From Mobula hypostoma (taxonomy: Eukaryota), in contig NC_086097.1 of NCBI RefSeq assembly GCF_963921235.1, forward strand, positions 72,046,001-72,110,000: a stretch of 64,000 nucleotides of DNA, read 5' to 3'. The stretch's first letter is position 1. Every line of letters starts with the position of its first letter. The notes under the pieces are model-generated. The model saw only the letters and a list, made by a program, of their open reading frames with translations. It did not search any database and had not been told where the DNA came from. Made by a program: the position numbers and the translations under genes. Shown piece after piece: positions 1 to 11,519 of the stretch.

Positions 1-75
1 TAGAAACAGTCAGAACAAAGACTCAAAATGTGGACTGATGTGCAAACTGCTGTTCAACTTCTGCTGGGTCCATTA

Positions 76-410
76 TATTACGGGATCCTTCTGTCAGTGT
101 GCGTTAGCAATGATGGACTCCAAGTGCGGAGAAAAGACAGACTCCAACGTATAGACAGCAAACAGAGTTTATACATAGAATTTCCAACAGAAAAGCGATA
201 CTGTACCGAGTAACACTGCAAGACAAAATATTCTCAAAACTAGGACCCCACAATAAGCACTAAGGAATGTCCTGAGTCTATTGAAATCAACTTAGCAAAG
301 TTAAGCAGTTATGATAGTAGTTTAACAACAATTAAACATTTAAGGTGCTCTAGAAACCTTGGAGCCAGACACTCTCTAGCTCCCCATACAGGCCTGGAGA
401 GCTCATTACA
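76..410 (-). mobile_element. Possible solo LTR (degenerate)
   Basis: Minus strand begins TGTAATGAG and ends ...GATCCCGTAATA (like the GTAACA end of Gypsy-type LTRs), with an ATAAA-like signal about 95 nt before the end. No clean TSD. Confidence 0.35.
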
Positions 411-550
411 AGAATGGAGCACCCAGATAAAAGCCATACATTCCGGGGGAGACGTACGGACTCCATACAGATGACACTGGAATTAATCTCTGAACTACAA
501 TGCCCTGAGCTATTCAAGTGTCGTGTTAACCACTACACTACCATGGTGCC
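411..550 (-). mobile_element. tRNA-derived SINE 5' fragment
   Basis: Reverse complement (GGGCACCATGGTAGTGTAGTGG...GGGTGCTCCA) resembles the SINE heads at 23195 and 26604. Confidence 0.6.
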
Positions 551-611
551 CAATATTGTACATAATAACTATAGACACTGGAATAATCTGTGATGCTAAT
601 GTTTCAGTCCT

Positions 612-745
612 GGGCACCACAGTGGCACAGTTGGTGACTCACAGTTTGAGCACAAGGAGTCTGATCCCACTTTATGTTTGGAGTTTGCAAGTTCTCTCTC
701 TGACCACATAGACTTCCGCCAGGTGCTCCTGTTTCCTCCAAAGGT
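612..745 (+). mobile_element. tRNA-derived SINE fragment (HE1/V-SINE-like)
   Basis: GGCACCACAGTGGCACAG head and TGGAGTTTGCAAGTTCTC...GGTGCTCCTGTTTCCTCC core typical of fish and shark V-SINE/HE1 elements. Confidence 0.6.
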
Positions 746-764
746 TAGAGTCATGGATTCTTAC

Positions 765-2780
765 AGTGATAGAGAAGTACAGAACAGAAACTAACCTTCG
801 ACCCATCTAGTCCATGCCATACTCATTTAGACTGCCTACCCCCATCAACTTGCCTATCTCTCCGTACCCCGACTATCCATCTACCTACCCAAGCTTCTCA
901 TAAACTTTGGAATTGAGCTTGCATGCACAACTTGTGCTGACAGCTCATTCCACACTCTAATGACCCTCTGAGTGAAGAAGTTTCCCCTTATGTTTCCTTT
1001 ATACGTCTCACCTTTCATCCTTAACCCATGACCTCTAGTTGTAGTCCCATCCAACCTCAGTAGTAAAAGCCCGCTTATACTTACCTCTCATGACTGGGTA
1101 TATTTCTATCAAATCTCCTCTCAATCTTTTACATATATACGGTCCTAACTTATTCAATCTTTCCTTATAACTCGGGTCTCCAGACCCAGCAACATCCTTG
1201 TAAATGTTCTCTGTACTCTTTCAACCTTGTTTACATCTTTCCTTGTAGATACGTGACCAAAACTGCATACAGTACTCCTAATTAGGCCTCAGCAATATCT
1301 TATAGAACTCCAACATAACATCCCATCTCATGTACTCATTTGATTTATGAAGGCCAATGTGCCAAAAGTTTTATTTAGGACCCTATCAACCTGTGATGCC
1401 CCTTTCAATGAATTATGAACCTGTATTCCCAGATCCTTAGTTCTGCCCTACCGTTCACTGTGTAAGTCCTACCCTGGTTGATCTTACCAAAGTGCAAATC
1501 CTTGCACTTGTCTGCATTAAATTCCATCTGCCATTTTTTCAGCTGATGGAAATTTGTCTGCAAGCCATGATAGCATTTCTCACTGTCAACTACACCCCCA
1601 ATCTTGGTGTCATCCGCAAATTTGTTGATCCAGTTAACCACGTTATCATTCAGATCATTGATGTGGATGACAAACAACAAAAGATCCAGCTCTGATCCCT
1701 GTGCCACACCACTAGTCGCAGGCCTCCAGTCAGAAAGGCAATCCTCTACTACCACTCTCTGGCTTCTCCCACAAAGCCAACGTCTAACTCCATTCACAAC
1801 CTCATCCTGAATGCCAGGTGAATGAACCTTCTTGATCAGCATTCCATTCAGGATCTTGTCAAATATCTTACTAAAGTCCATGTAAACAACATCCACTGCC
1901 TTGTCTTCATCCACTTTCCTTGTAACTTCCTCTAAAAACTCTGTAAGATTAGTTAGACTTGATCTACCTCAGACAAAGCTATGCTGACTATCATTAATCA
2001 GTCCATGTCTATTCAAATAATTATATATCTGGTCCATTAGAATACCTTCCAAAACTTCCGACAACTGATGTCAGACTCACCAGCCCATAACTTCCTAGTT
2101 TCTATTTAGAGTCTTTTTTAAACAGCAGAACAACATTGGCTACCCTCCAATCTTCCGGCACCTCTCCTGTTGCTAAGTATAATTTACATATCTCCGCCAG
2201 AGCCCCGGTAATTTCTACATTTGCCTTTCATAGAATCCAAGGGAAAGCCTTGTCAGGCCCCAGAGATTTATCCATCTTGATTTGCCTCAGGGTAGCAAAC
2301 ACCTCCTCCTCCTCTGTAATCTGTGCAGGGTCCATGAAGTTGATGCCGCTTTGCCTCACTTCTATAGACCCTGTGTCCATCTCCTGAGTAAATACAGATG
2401 CAAAGAATTCATTATGATCTCCTCATATGTTTTGGCTCCACACATGGATTAGCATTCTGGTTTTCCAGAGGGCCAGTTTTTTCTCTTGCAATCCTTTTGC
2501 TCTTAACATGTCTGTAGAATCCCTTAGAATTGTCCTTCATCTTGTCTGCTTTTAGCCTTCCTGGTTTCTTTGCTAAGTGCTTTCTTGTATTTCTTCTACT
2601 CCATAAGCACCTCATTTGTTCCTACTTACCTATATCTGCTAAGAAACTCCTTTTTTCTCTTAACTAGTGCCATAGTATCTCTTAAAAACCAAGGTTCCCT
2701 ACACTTGTTATCTTTACCTTTTATTCTGACTGACACATCCAAGCTTTGTACTCTCAAAGTTTTGTTTTTGAAGGCTCCCA
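765..2780 (-). mobile_element. CR1-type LINE, 5'-truncated, degenerate ORF2 (RT)
   Basis: ORF 1405-1914 has VDVVYMDFSK, SGVAQGS, KFADDTKIGG and WQMEFNADKC. A CR1-type 3'UTR lies near 770-830. Confidence 0.92.
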
Positions 2781-2782
2781 CT

Positions 2783-3320
2783 TCAGAATCAGATTTTTTT
2801 CAGAATCAGTATCAGGATTAATATCACCAGCATATGTCATGAAATTGCAGCAGTACATTGCAATACATAATATAGAAATAAAATTAAATAAGTCAATTAC
2901 AGTAGGTATATATGTATATTAAATAGCAAAATTAAAGAAGTTGCAATAACAGAAATAATATATATTGAGAAAGTGAGGTAGTGTTCATGGGTTCCATGTC
3001 CATTTAGGAATTGGATGGCAGGGGGGAAGAAACTGTTCCTGAATCACAGAGAGTGTCCTTCAGGCTTCTGTACCTCCTTCCTGATTGTAACAATGAGAAG
3101 AGGTCACGTCCTGGGTGTTGGGGGTTTTAATGATTAGCACTGTCTTTTTGAGGCACCAACCCTTGAAGATGTCTTGGATACTTCAGAGACTAGTACCCAA
3201 GATGGAGCTAACTGGTTTTACAACTTTTTGTAGCTTCTTTTGATCCTGTACATTTGCCACACAACAACCACCACACCGCCAACACACCCCCCCCCCGCCC
3301 CATACCAGACTGTGATGCAG
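2783..3320 (-). mobile_element. Rex1/Babar-like LINE 3' fragment
   Basis: CAGAATCAG-type tail and body similar to the copy at 48632-49490. Confidence 0.65.
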
Positions 3321-3552
3321 CCTCTTCCAGGGTGCCTTCAAAAGTGCAAACTGATGACGGAGCAGCTCGATGGATGTGATTAAATATTCCTGTGCTGAGA
3401 ATCACAACTGCATCCAAAGTCTGTACAGTTAATAAAGATGCTTGACAGTGATTGAGCAATCTATTGCTGCTGAAAACCGATGAAAACAATGCCGACTATG
3501 CCACTCATCAAGTACACTTTTGCCAGAAAACAGCCTGTCCTGATCCACACTT

Positions 3553-3750
3553 GTCAGATCCTTTCTGATACCATCAAAATTGGCCTTTCCCCAGTTTAGA
3601 ATCTCAACCTGCTAACCAGACCTATCCTCCTGCATATTTACTTTGAAACTAATGGCATTGTGATCATTGGATGCAAAGTGTTCCCCTACACAAACATCTG
3701 TCACCTGCCTAGTCTCATGCCTTAATAGCAGAACCAGTATCCCAAGCTCT
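3553..3750 (-). mobile_element. CR1 LINE fragment (endonuclease region)
   Basis: Translation VTDVCVGEHFASNDHNAISFK matches the C-terminal SDH-type motif of the CR1 APE domain. Confidence 0.75.
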
Positions 3751-4604
3751 CTGGAATATGAACTGGCTGCTCTAAATTGCCTGTGGTAGGCAAGGGCAAT
3801 AGCAGAGGTATAACTGGCGAGGCAAGAAGTTGGTTCTGCTGGGAATGTGTGAGAATCAAACAGGATAAGTGTCAAAGGTTTGTTCAGACTCAGCGGACTA
3901 AAGGTCCTGTGAAAATGCTGCAGGATTCTTTGATCAACACTGATACAGTGATATACTGTTCAAGAGTTACAAAGTCCAATCAAGAGATTACAAGTTCCTC
4001 CATATCAGATATAAATATATTACAAAGACTGGTGCAGTCGAGGGAGGCTAAACTAGCTAAGGAAGTCAACAGACAAATTGAATCTGTAACACTTGTATAT
4101 GATCACAAAAGATGTTTATAGAAAGTTCCCTCAAAGAGATGAATCAATGTCAGTTAAGTGATTATGTCAAATGATCAGAAGACATCGTGACATCAGGGGA
4201 GATTGTGACATCACTGTGTGTATTAGGTAAACTGCAAACTTCATGTGCAGTGAGAGTTTCTTTACATTAGAGTTAAAATGAATAGTTTTGCTGGAAGCTA
4301 CTCAGCCCAGTTCTTTACCTGAACCACCAGAAGTATCTTAAGGTCCATTTGAAAGTGAATTAGAGTAAAACTTGACAAAGTTTGTAAATGTTTGATCATA
4401 ACCTCAAGTCCCTCCTTCAGATGCAAAATCTATGCTGGAAATGATGAAATATCCCCCACAGGCTGGTGAACATCTATAACATTAAATTGTTACACCTTAC
4501 GAATAATTAGCACAAGCTGCAGAACAATATTAACCTTGCTTTAATAACTAACACAGTGGGGGCAATTGCAAAGTGTGGCACATAATTCAAATTTAAATGA
4601 GCAT

Positions 4605-4840
4605 ACCAACTGGACATTTTGTGCAACACAGGTCCTAAAGAGACATTGGATTGCACAGATGGAGAGAGAATTTAAAAAGTGCGAGTAGGGGCAGCTGGCA
4701 CGTTTTGTGTGCCACAGTTCCAGAGGAGACATTGGTTTGCATAGACTAGAGGGCGAGAGTTTAAAAGAAGCAAGTGGGGGCAGTCGGCACATTTTTGTGC
4801 ACTGTGTTTCCAAAGGAGACATTGGTTTGTACAAAATTAG
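4605..4840 (+). repeat. Imperfect tandem repeat, ~86-90 bp unit, ~3 copies, in the CR1 5'UTR
   Basis: GACATTGG recurs at 4642, 4728 and 4818 with similar flanks. Confidence 0.8.
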
Positions 4841-7424
4841 GCACTTGGCAAGATTCATTAAAAAGAAGTTAGGTTCAAGTGGAACGGCCACTGTGGGAGT
4901 GGCTAATATGTGAGTGGGCCAGTGTTAGAGTGGGGAGTTGAGGCTTTGGTTCATCAAGGCATTGGCAGGGAGAGGTGTAAGCAGTAGATGGATTTTTTTC
5001 TTTATTTATTCTTCCTTTCTTATTTCACATTTAGAGTAGTGGGGGTGCCAGGCAGGATAGTTGAATGCTCCTTTTACGTGATGTGGGAAAGCACAGAGAC
5101 CTTCAGTGTCCCTGACTACACCTGCAAGAAGTGCATCCAGCTGCAGCTTTTAACAGACTGTGTTAAGAAGATGGAGCTGGATGAACCTTAAATTGTACAG
5201 GTGGTTGAGGGGTTGATAGACAGGATATATGAGGAAGTAGTTACACCCAAGGCGCAGAACACAGTTAACAGCATGACCAACAGGAGCAGGAAAGGTAGGA
5301 GGGGTGATGATGTCCTGCAAAGTGAGTTCAGGCAGTTAGGCGTTAAATTAAAGGACAGGACCTCCAGGCTTGTGATCTCAGGATTGCTACCTGTGCCATG
5401 TACCAGTGAGACCAGAAACAGGAAGATCATACAGATTAACATGTAGCTACGGGGATGGTACAGGAGGGAGGGCTTTGTATTTTTGGGTCATTGTGCTCTG
5501 TTCCAGGAAAAGTGAAAACTATACCAAAGGGATGGTTTGTAGCTGAACTGGAAGGGGACTAATATCCTAGCAGGAAGGTTTGCTAGTTTGCTAGTGCTGC
5601 ACAGACAAGGGGTGGGTGGTGTCAGTTTGTGCGCAGGGTTTCAACTAGAGTTGCAAGGAGATGAGAACCAGAGTGCCAGAACAGATAGTGGAGTGGTTGT
5701 GAAGAAGGATGTTGTTAATCCCACATACAATATCAGGAATTCAAAAGTTTTAGCATGGTGGGATTAATGCTCTGAGCTGTGTATATTCCAATGCAATGAG
5801 TATTGTAGGAAAGAAGGATTAGTTTAGGGCATAGATTAGCCTGTGGAATTATGACATTACAGCCATCAGTGAGACTTGGCTGCCGGACTTGACATGATAA
5901 AGTCGGAAGGATTAAAGGGGGAGGGGTGGCATTAGTAGTTGGGGAAAATGTCACAGTAGTGCTCAGATGGGACAGATTGAATAACTCGTCCAGTGAAGCT
6001 TTATGGATAGAACTGGAAATGCAAAAGAAAGGTATGATCATCTTATTGGAATTATATTAGAGACCACCCAACAGTCAGGAACGTTTCTTTTATCAGTACA
6101 TAGAAGTCCAGAATAGAGAGAGTGTGATACTAGATCTCCTATTGGGGAATGAGGCAGGAGAGATGGCAGAAGTTTTTGTTGGTGAATAATTTGCATCTAC
6201 TGATTATGATGCCATTAGTTTCAAGGTAGTTATGGAAAAGGATAGGTCTGGTCCTCAGATTGAGATTTTAAATTGGAGAAGGGCAGCAAGTGGATTGTGA
6301 CAGGTAGTTTTCTGGCAAAGGTGTACTTGAAAAGTGGGAGGCGTTCAAAAGTAAATATTAAGTGTTTATAAAGTTTTTTATGATCCTTCAGAATAAAAAA
6401 TAAGGCTAACAGGTTTAGACAACCTTGATTATAAACAGATATTGGGGCCTTGGTTTAGAAAAACAAGGAGGTGCATAGCAGGTACAGACAGGTAGGAACA
6501 AATGAGGTACAAAAGAAATACAAGAGAATACTCAAGGAAGAAATCAAAAGTGCTAAAAGAACTCCATAGAGCTTCTACAGATATATTAAAAGCAAAAGGA
6601 TAGCAAAGTTAGTCCTCTAGAAGATCATAGTGGTTAACTATGAATAGAGCTGAAAAAGTTGGTGGAAATCTTAAATGGATTTTTTTCATCTGTATTTTAT
6701 TCAAGAGAGGTACACAGAGTCTGTAGGTGTGAGGGAAAGCAGCAGTGAGGTCATGGACAGATTACAGAAGAGGAGGTGTCTGCTGTCTGGAGACAAATTA
6801 GGGTGATTAAATTCCCAGGACCTGACAAGGTGTTCCCTTGAACCCTGTGGGAGGCTCGTGCACATATTGCAAGAGCCCTAACAGAGATATTTAAAACATC
6901 CTTAGCCATTGGTGTGGTGCTGGAGAATTGGAGGGAAGTTAATGTTGCTTCACTGTTTAAGAAAGTCTTGAAGAATAAGTCAGGAAGTTGTAGTGGTGAG
7001 CCTGAGATCAGTGGTGGGAACGTCACTGAAAGGTATTCTAAGAGACCAGATATGTAAGTGTTTAGATAAACAGTCACAGGTTAAAGATATTCAACATGGT
7101 TTTGTGCATGGTAGGTCATGTCTAAACAATCTTATAGATTTTTTTTCAAGGAAGTTACCAGGAAAGTTGATGAAGGCAAGGCAGTGGATATTGTCTACAT
7201 ACACTTAGCAAGGTCTTTTACAAGGTTCCACAAGGGTGGTTGGTCAAGAAGATTCAGTCACTTGGCATTCATGAGGAGGTAGTATAAACTGGAAATTGGA
7301 TGAGATATTGGTTTCATGGGGAAAGCCAGAGAGTGGTAGTAGATGGTTGCTTCTCTGACTGGAGTCATGTGCCACAGGGATCAGTGTTAGGTCTGTTATT
7401 GTTTGTCATCTATATCAACAATTC

Positions 7425-7620
7425 AAATTTTTGAAGATTCAGGGTCCATTTATTATCAAAGTGTGCCTGGAATATACAACCCTGAGATTGTTCTTCCCCA
7501 CAGACAGCCATGAAACAAAGAAAACCATGGAAATGATTCAAAGAAACCCTCCACATGCAAAAAAAAATGCACAAATGGCAATAAAAGTCGAGTGGAAAGT
7601 GAGGAACATGATCAAAGCTT
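7425..7620 (-). mobile_element. Short retroposon 3' tail inserted in the CR1 RT region
   Basis: Interrupts CR1 after ...GTCATCTATATCAACAA. Its reverse complement resembles the tail at 34215-34325. Confidence 0.65.
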
Positions 7621-8679
7621 GCGGTGGTATCTGGACAAGCTGAAAATTGGCAGATGGAACTTAATGCAGACAAGTGTGAGTTGTTGCACTTTGGGAGGAC
7701 AAGGCAGGGTAGGACTTACACAGTGATTCTAATGAGGGCACTGAGGAATGTGGTGGAACAGAGGGATCTGAGAATACAGGTCCATAATTCCTTGAAAGTG
7801 GTGTCACAGGTAGATAGGATCTTAAAGAAAGCTTTTGGCACATTGGCCTTCATAAGTCAAAGTACTGAATATAGAGTTGGGATGTTATGTTGAAATTGTA
7901 TAAGATGTTGGTGAGGCCTAATTTGGAGTACTGAGTGCAGTTTTGGTCACCTACCTGCAGGAAAGGTGTAAATAAGATTGATCGAGTGCAGAGAAAACTT
8001 ACAAGGATGTTGCTGAGAGTGAAGGACCTGAGTTATAATGAAAGATTGAACAGGTTAGGATTTCATTCCCTAGAACACAAAAGATTGAGTGGAGATTTGA
8101 TAGAGGTATACAAAATTATGAAGGGTTTAAATAGGATAAATGCAAGCTGGCTTTTCCCACTGAAGTTGGGTGAGACCACAGTACAACTAGAGGTCATGGG
8201 TTAAGGGTGAAAGGTGAAATGCTTAAGGGGAACGTAAGGGGAAACTTCTTCACTCAGTGGTTGGTGATAGTGGGGAATGAGTTGCCAGCGCAAGTGGAGG
8301 ATGCGGGTTCAATTTCAACATTTAAGATGAATTTGATGGGTACATAGATGGGAGAGGTATAGAGGGCTACGGTATGGTCTGGGTGCAGGTTGATGGGAGC
8401 GGGCAGATTAATGGTTTGGTATGGACTAGACAGTCCAAAAAGCCTGTTTCTATGTTGTAATGTTCTAAGACTCTATGACTTGATTCAGGATGAGCAAATA
8501 TTTAAATCCATTTCAGATTTTTTTGAGTCTTTGACAAGTCTCTGGATGGAAAGATAGTGCATGCCAGTGTGAACAGGGACCCCACATGAAACTTTGAAAT
8601 AGATTCTGGTTAAATGATAACGTATCACAGCATCTGATCTTATTTAATGATGCACAAGTTGTTATGAGGTGAGCAGTTA

Positions 8680-9665
8680 TAAGCTGCTATTGGCAAGATG
8701 CTGGAGTCAATAATCAAAGGAAAGATGGATAATCATTTAGGAAAGTTAAATATAACTAAATGTAGTCACTATGGTTTCATGAAAGTAAATAATGTTTGAA
8801 GAATTTGCTTGATGGGATCTAATGGGGAGAGTTGGTCGAGGGGAACCTGCAGATGTAGGTGCATTTGATAAGGTGCTGGATAGGAAGCTGATGCATCAAT
8901 TAAAATAGACAGAAAGACTGGCAATTAGAGTTTTATGCAAATAAGGGAAATCAAAAGGTAGTTGATTTTCTAGATGGAGAAAGAATGCAAGTGAGTGAAG
9001 TACAGAGGAATGTAAGAGTTACAGAATCACAAAAATCAAGCAGGCAGGCAGATTCTACAAGCACTTTCAAAGGCAAATGGCCTTTTGGCATTCAGTACGA
9101 AGGAGCTGGGACTAGGAAGATTTTAATGGAATTGTACAGTGTGTTGGTGAGGTTTCACCTGGAATACTGTACACAGTTTTGGTCCCTGTACCCAAAAAAA
9201 AATTGTAACACTGGAGACAGACAAAAGGAGATTCAGAGGCTAATTCCTAGGATGGGATTTGTCCTGCTCAGAGAGACTATATAGTTTGGGCCTATATTAC
9301 CTATAGTTTAAAAGAATGAGGATAACCTTATGCAAACAGAGAAAATCTGAAGGGGTTTGACAAAGTAGATGTTGGAACGTTTGCTAGTGGTGGGAAAGTC
9401 TCAAACAAGGGGATAACTGCAAGAGAAGGGGCCAGTTATTTGAAACAGAATGTCTAGAATTCTCTGCCCTAGTAGGTGCTGGAAGCGGGTTCATTAGAAG
9501 TATTAGAAGTGGAGGTGAATAAACTTCTGACAGATGGAAAAATAGAGACGTTGGGAGAAATGACATTGAACTTGAGTTGAGATCAGCATCGATCCTCTTT
9601 GATTATGTTGGGAAGGGCTTGAAGGGCTTGGTAGTCTATTCCTGCTCCTACTTTCTTGTGTTCTT
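8680..9665 (+). mobile_element. Old CR1-type LINE fragment with internal deletions
   Basis: LYSVLVRFHLEYCTQFWS motif (8985-9284) and a CR1-type 3'UTR ending CCTGCTCCTACTTTCTTGTGTTCTT. Confidence 0.82.
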
Positions 9666-11519
9666 GACAGTGGCAGAGAGTGCTGCTGTTTGACACTGGA
9701 GGACAAATGTCCTCAGAGACAGTAGTGCACCTTGCCTGTCAGGAGATGGCAGCAAGGTTCAGTAGTCTGTTTACACATTGGTACAATCTGTAATTGTCTG
9801 CATCAGTTGTAATAACTGTACACATGAATTCATAATTCAAGCCTCACATTTAGCCTTGCAAAACCAGCTAATTTGCAAGAGGACTGTATGTTGTTTATCC
9901 CCTAAACTCAAAATAATGAGGTTCAAAAAAAATCATGGACAAGAGAAACCTTGATCTTGACTGTATTCCAAACAATGTTTAATCTTAATCTTTCAATAGA
10001 GAAGAAAGATCAGGGTTTATAAATGTCCTCTGAGCAGTTATTTGCCAATGAAAAGGACATAAATCTGTCACAATGCACAAAATAGTTTTTCCCAGTCTGT
10101 TCCTCTCCATCAATTTTTCAGCATCAAATGACTGAAAATACTTGATAGAAATACTGCAAATCTGGCTTTCTACAGTATACTTGGAATTATGCAATAGATC
10201 AGTTGAGCACAGTTCGAGTTTGATGTGTTCATCTCTGTACAATGAATCCTGGCCGGATTATTAACATTGTCTGTTTGATCAGTTATATTTTCAAAACACT
10301 CAAGAGAAATTCAAGCCTATCTTTCCTTGTTGCATTAAGGAACTATCATGACCACAATCTATCACTGAAATTTGGATGTCTTGTCTATCGCAGATCTTTT
10401 TCAGAACTAAGTTAGAATAAGGTAAAATGTTCCTAGCTCCTCATCTCCTCTTCACCCCAAATAACAATCTGAAGTTGAACTGATGGTCTTCAGAGACCTT
10501 GTTTAAATCATGCCATGAACTACCTTGGTTTGGGAAGCTAGGTTAATGGTTAAATATCTGCAAGATCTTAAGTGACTGGGCTGTGTTGCTACCTATGTTA
10601 GTGGTCATTCACCTATGTGGAGAAAAGGAATAACTCCTATATAAGAACATTAGGAAGCTATTTGTTGTATTATCTGGTGCAAGGATTTCCAAGTAACTAT
10701 TCACTATGTCAAAGTATAAAATATATTGTTTCATGCCAACTGGAATAAACAGATATTCATTTGATTCCTAAATGAGTATAATTGTAAATGTGGCACACTC
10801 TGAAAATCTAGAATATAATCTTAGTTATTGGCAATAGTTTAATGCAGATGATACTGGTTTGAACTAGATGATTTTAATGAAAAGGAAAATTGGGAAAGAT
10901 AGAAAATGAGCAGCCGATCTATTATCACCCATTTTGCACCATTGTTCAGAGTTAAAATTATCTTGTTGATGCTGTAGGATATAAATGTTGCATGATTACT
11001 CAAACTGTGCATAAACAAAACGTAAGAAACTATGGTAATTGGATCTGCAGGAAGAACAACTTTCAGTATGAAATGAATTTGTTTTTTGAATTATCATCTG
11101 AGCATTGTACAGTTGGGCCTCACCTCTTTGTGGAATTTATTTTCAGGCATGCTGTATGATAATGAATAGGGGATGAGGTTTCTTCAAGCAGGATATTAGC
11201 TATTATATCAATTACATGTGTTTGAAGTAAAATACAATTTGTCCACATGCAGAATATTCTAAACCAAATTACCAAATAAGTCATAAATACACTGGCAATA
11301 TCTTAGAGTACTGACATGGATGATTTTTTTCCCAATGTAATTTTTAACCCATTGAGTTTGGTGAGTTGCATCAGTAGCTCATAAAGTTGGCAACATACAC
11401 CCAGTGCCACTTTATTAGGTACACCTGTACACCTGCTCATTAATGCAAATATTTAATCAGACAATCATGTGGCAGCAACTGAATGTATAAATATATGCAG
11501 ATATAGTCAAGAGGGCTGA

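Larger units (their letters stand above)
4540..8480 (+). mobile_element. Near full-length CR1-type LINE (5'UTR, ORF1 zinc finger/esterase remnant, ORF2 APE-RT, 3' tail), degenerate
   Basis: ORF1-like CSFYVMWE...CKKCIQLQLL (4988-5191) and LVISGLLPVP (5201-5446). APE start at about 5770. RT motifs QHGFVHGRSCL, WQMELNADKC and QFWSP. TTCTAAGACTCTATGACT tail at about 8463-8480. Confidence 0.92.

Noticed and set aside
3345..3385. CTGATGA followed by a small hairpin as a hammerhead
   Set aside because: There is no GAAA box or stem I in the required position.
4605..4840. Spaced repeats as a CRISPR array
   Set aside because: Whole units are similar, there are no unique spacers and no cas genes, and the context is a eukaryotic LINE.
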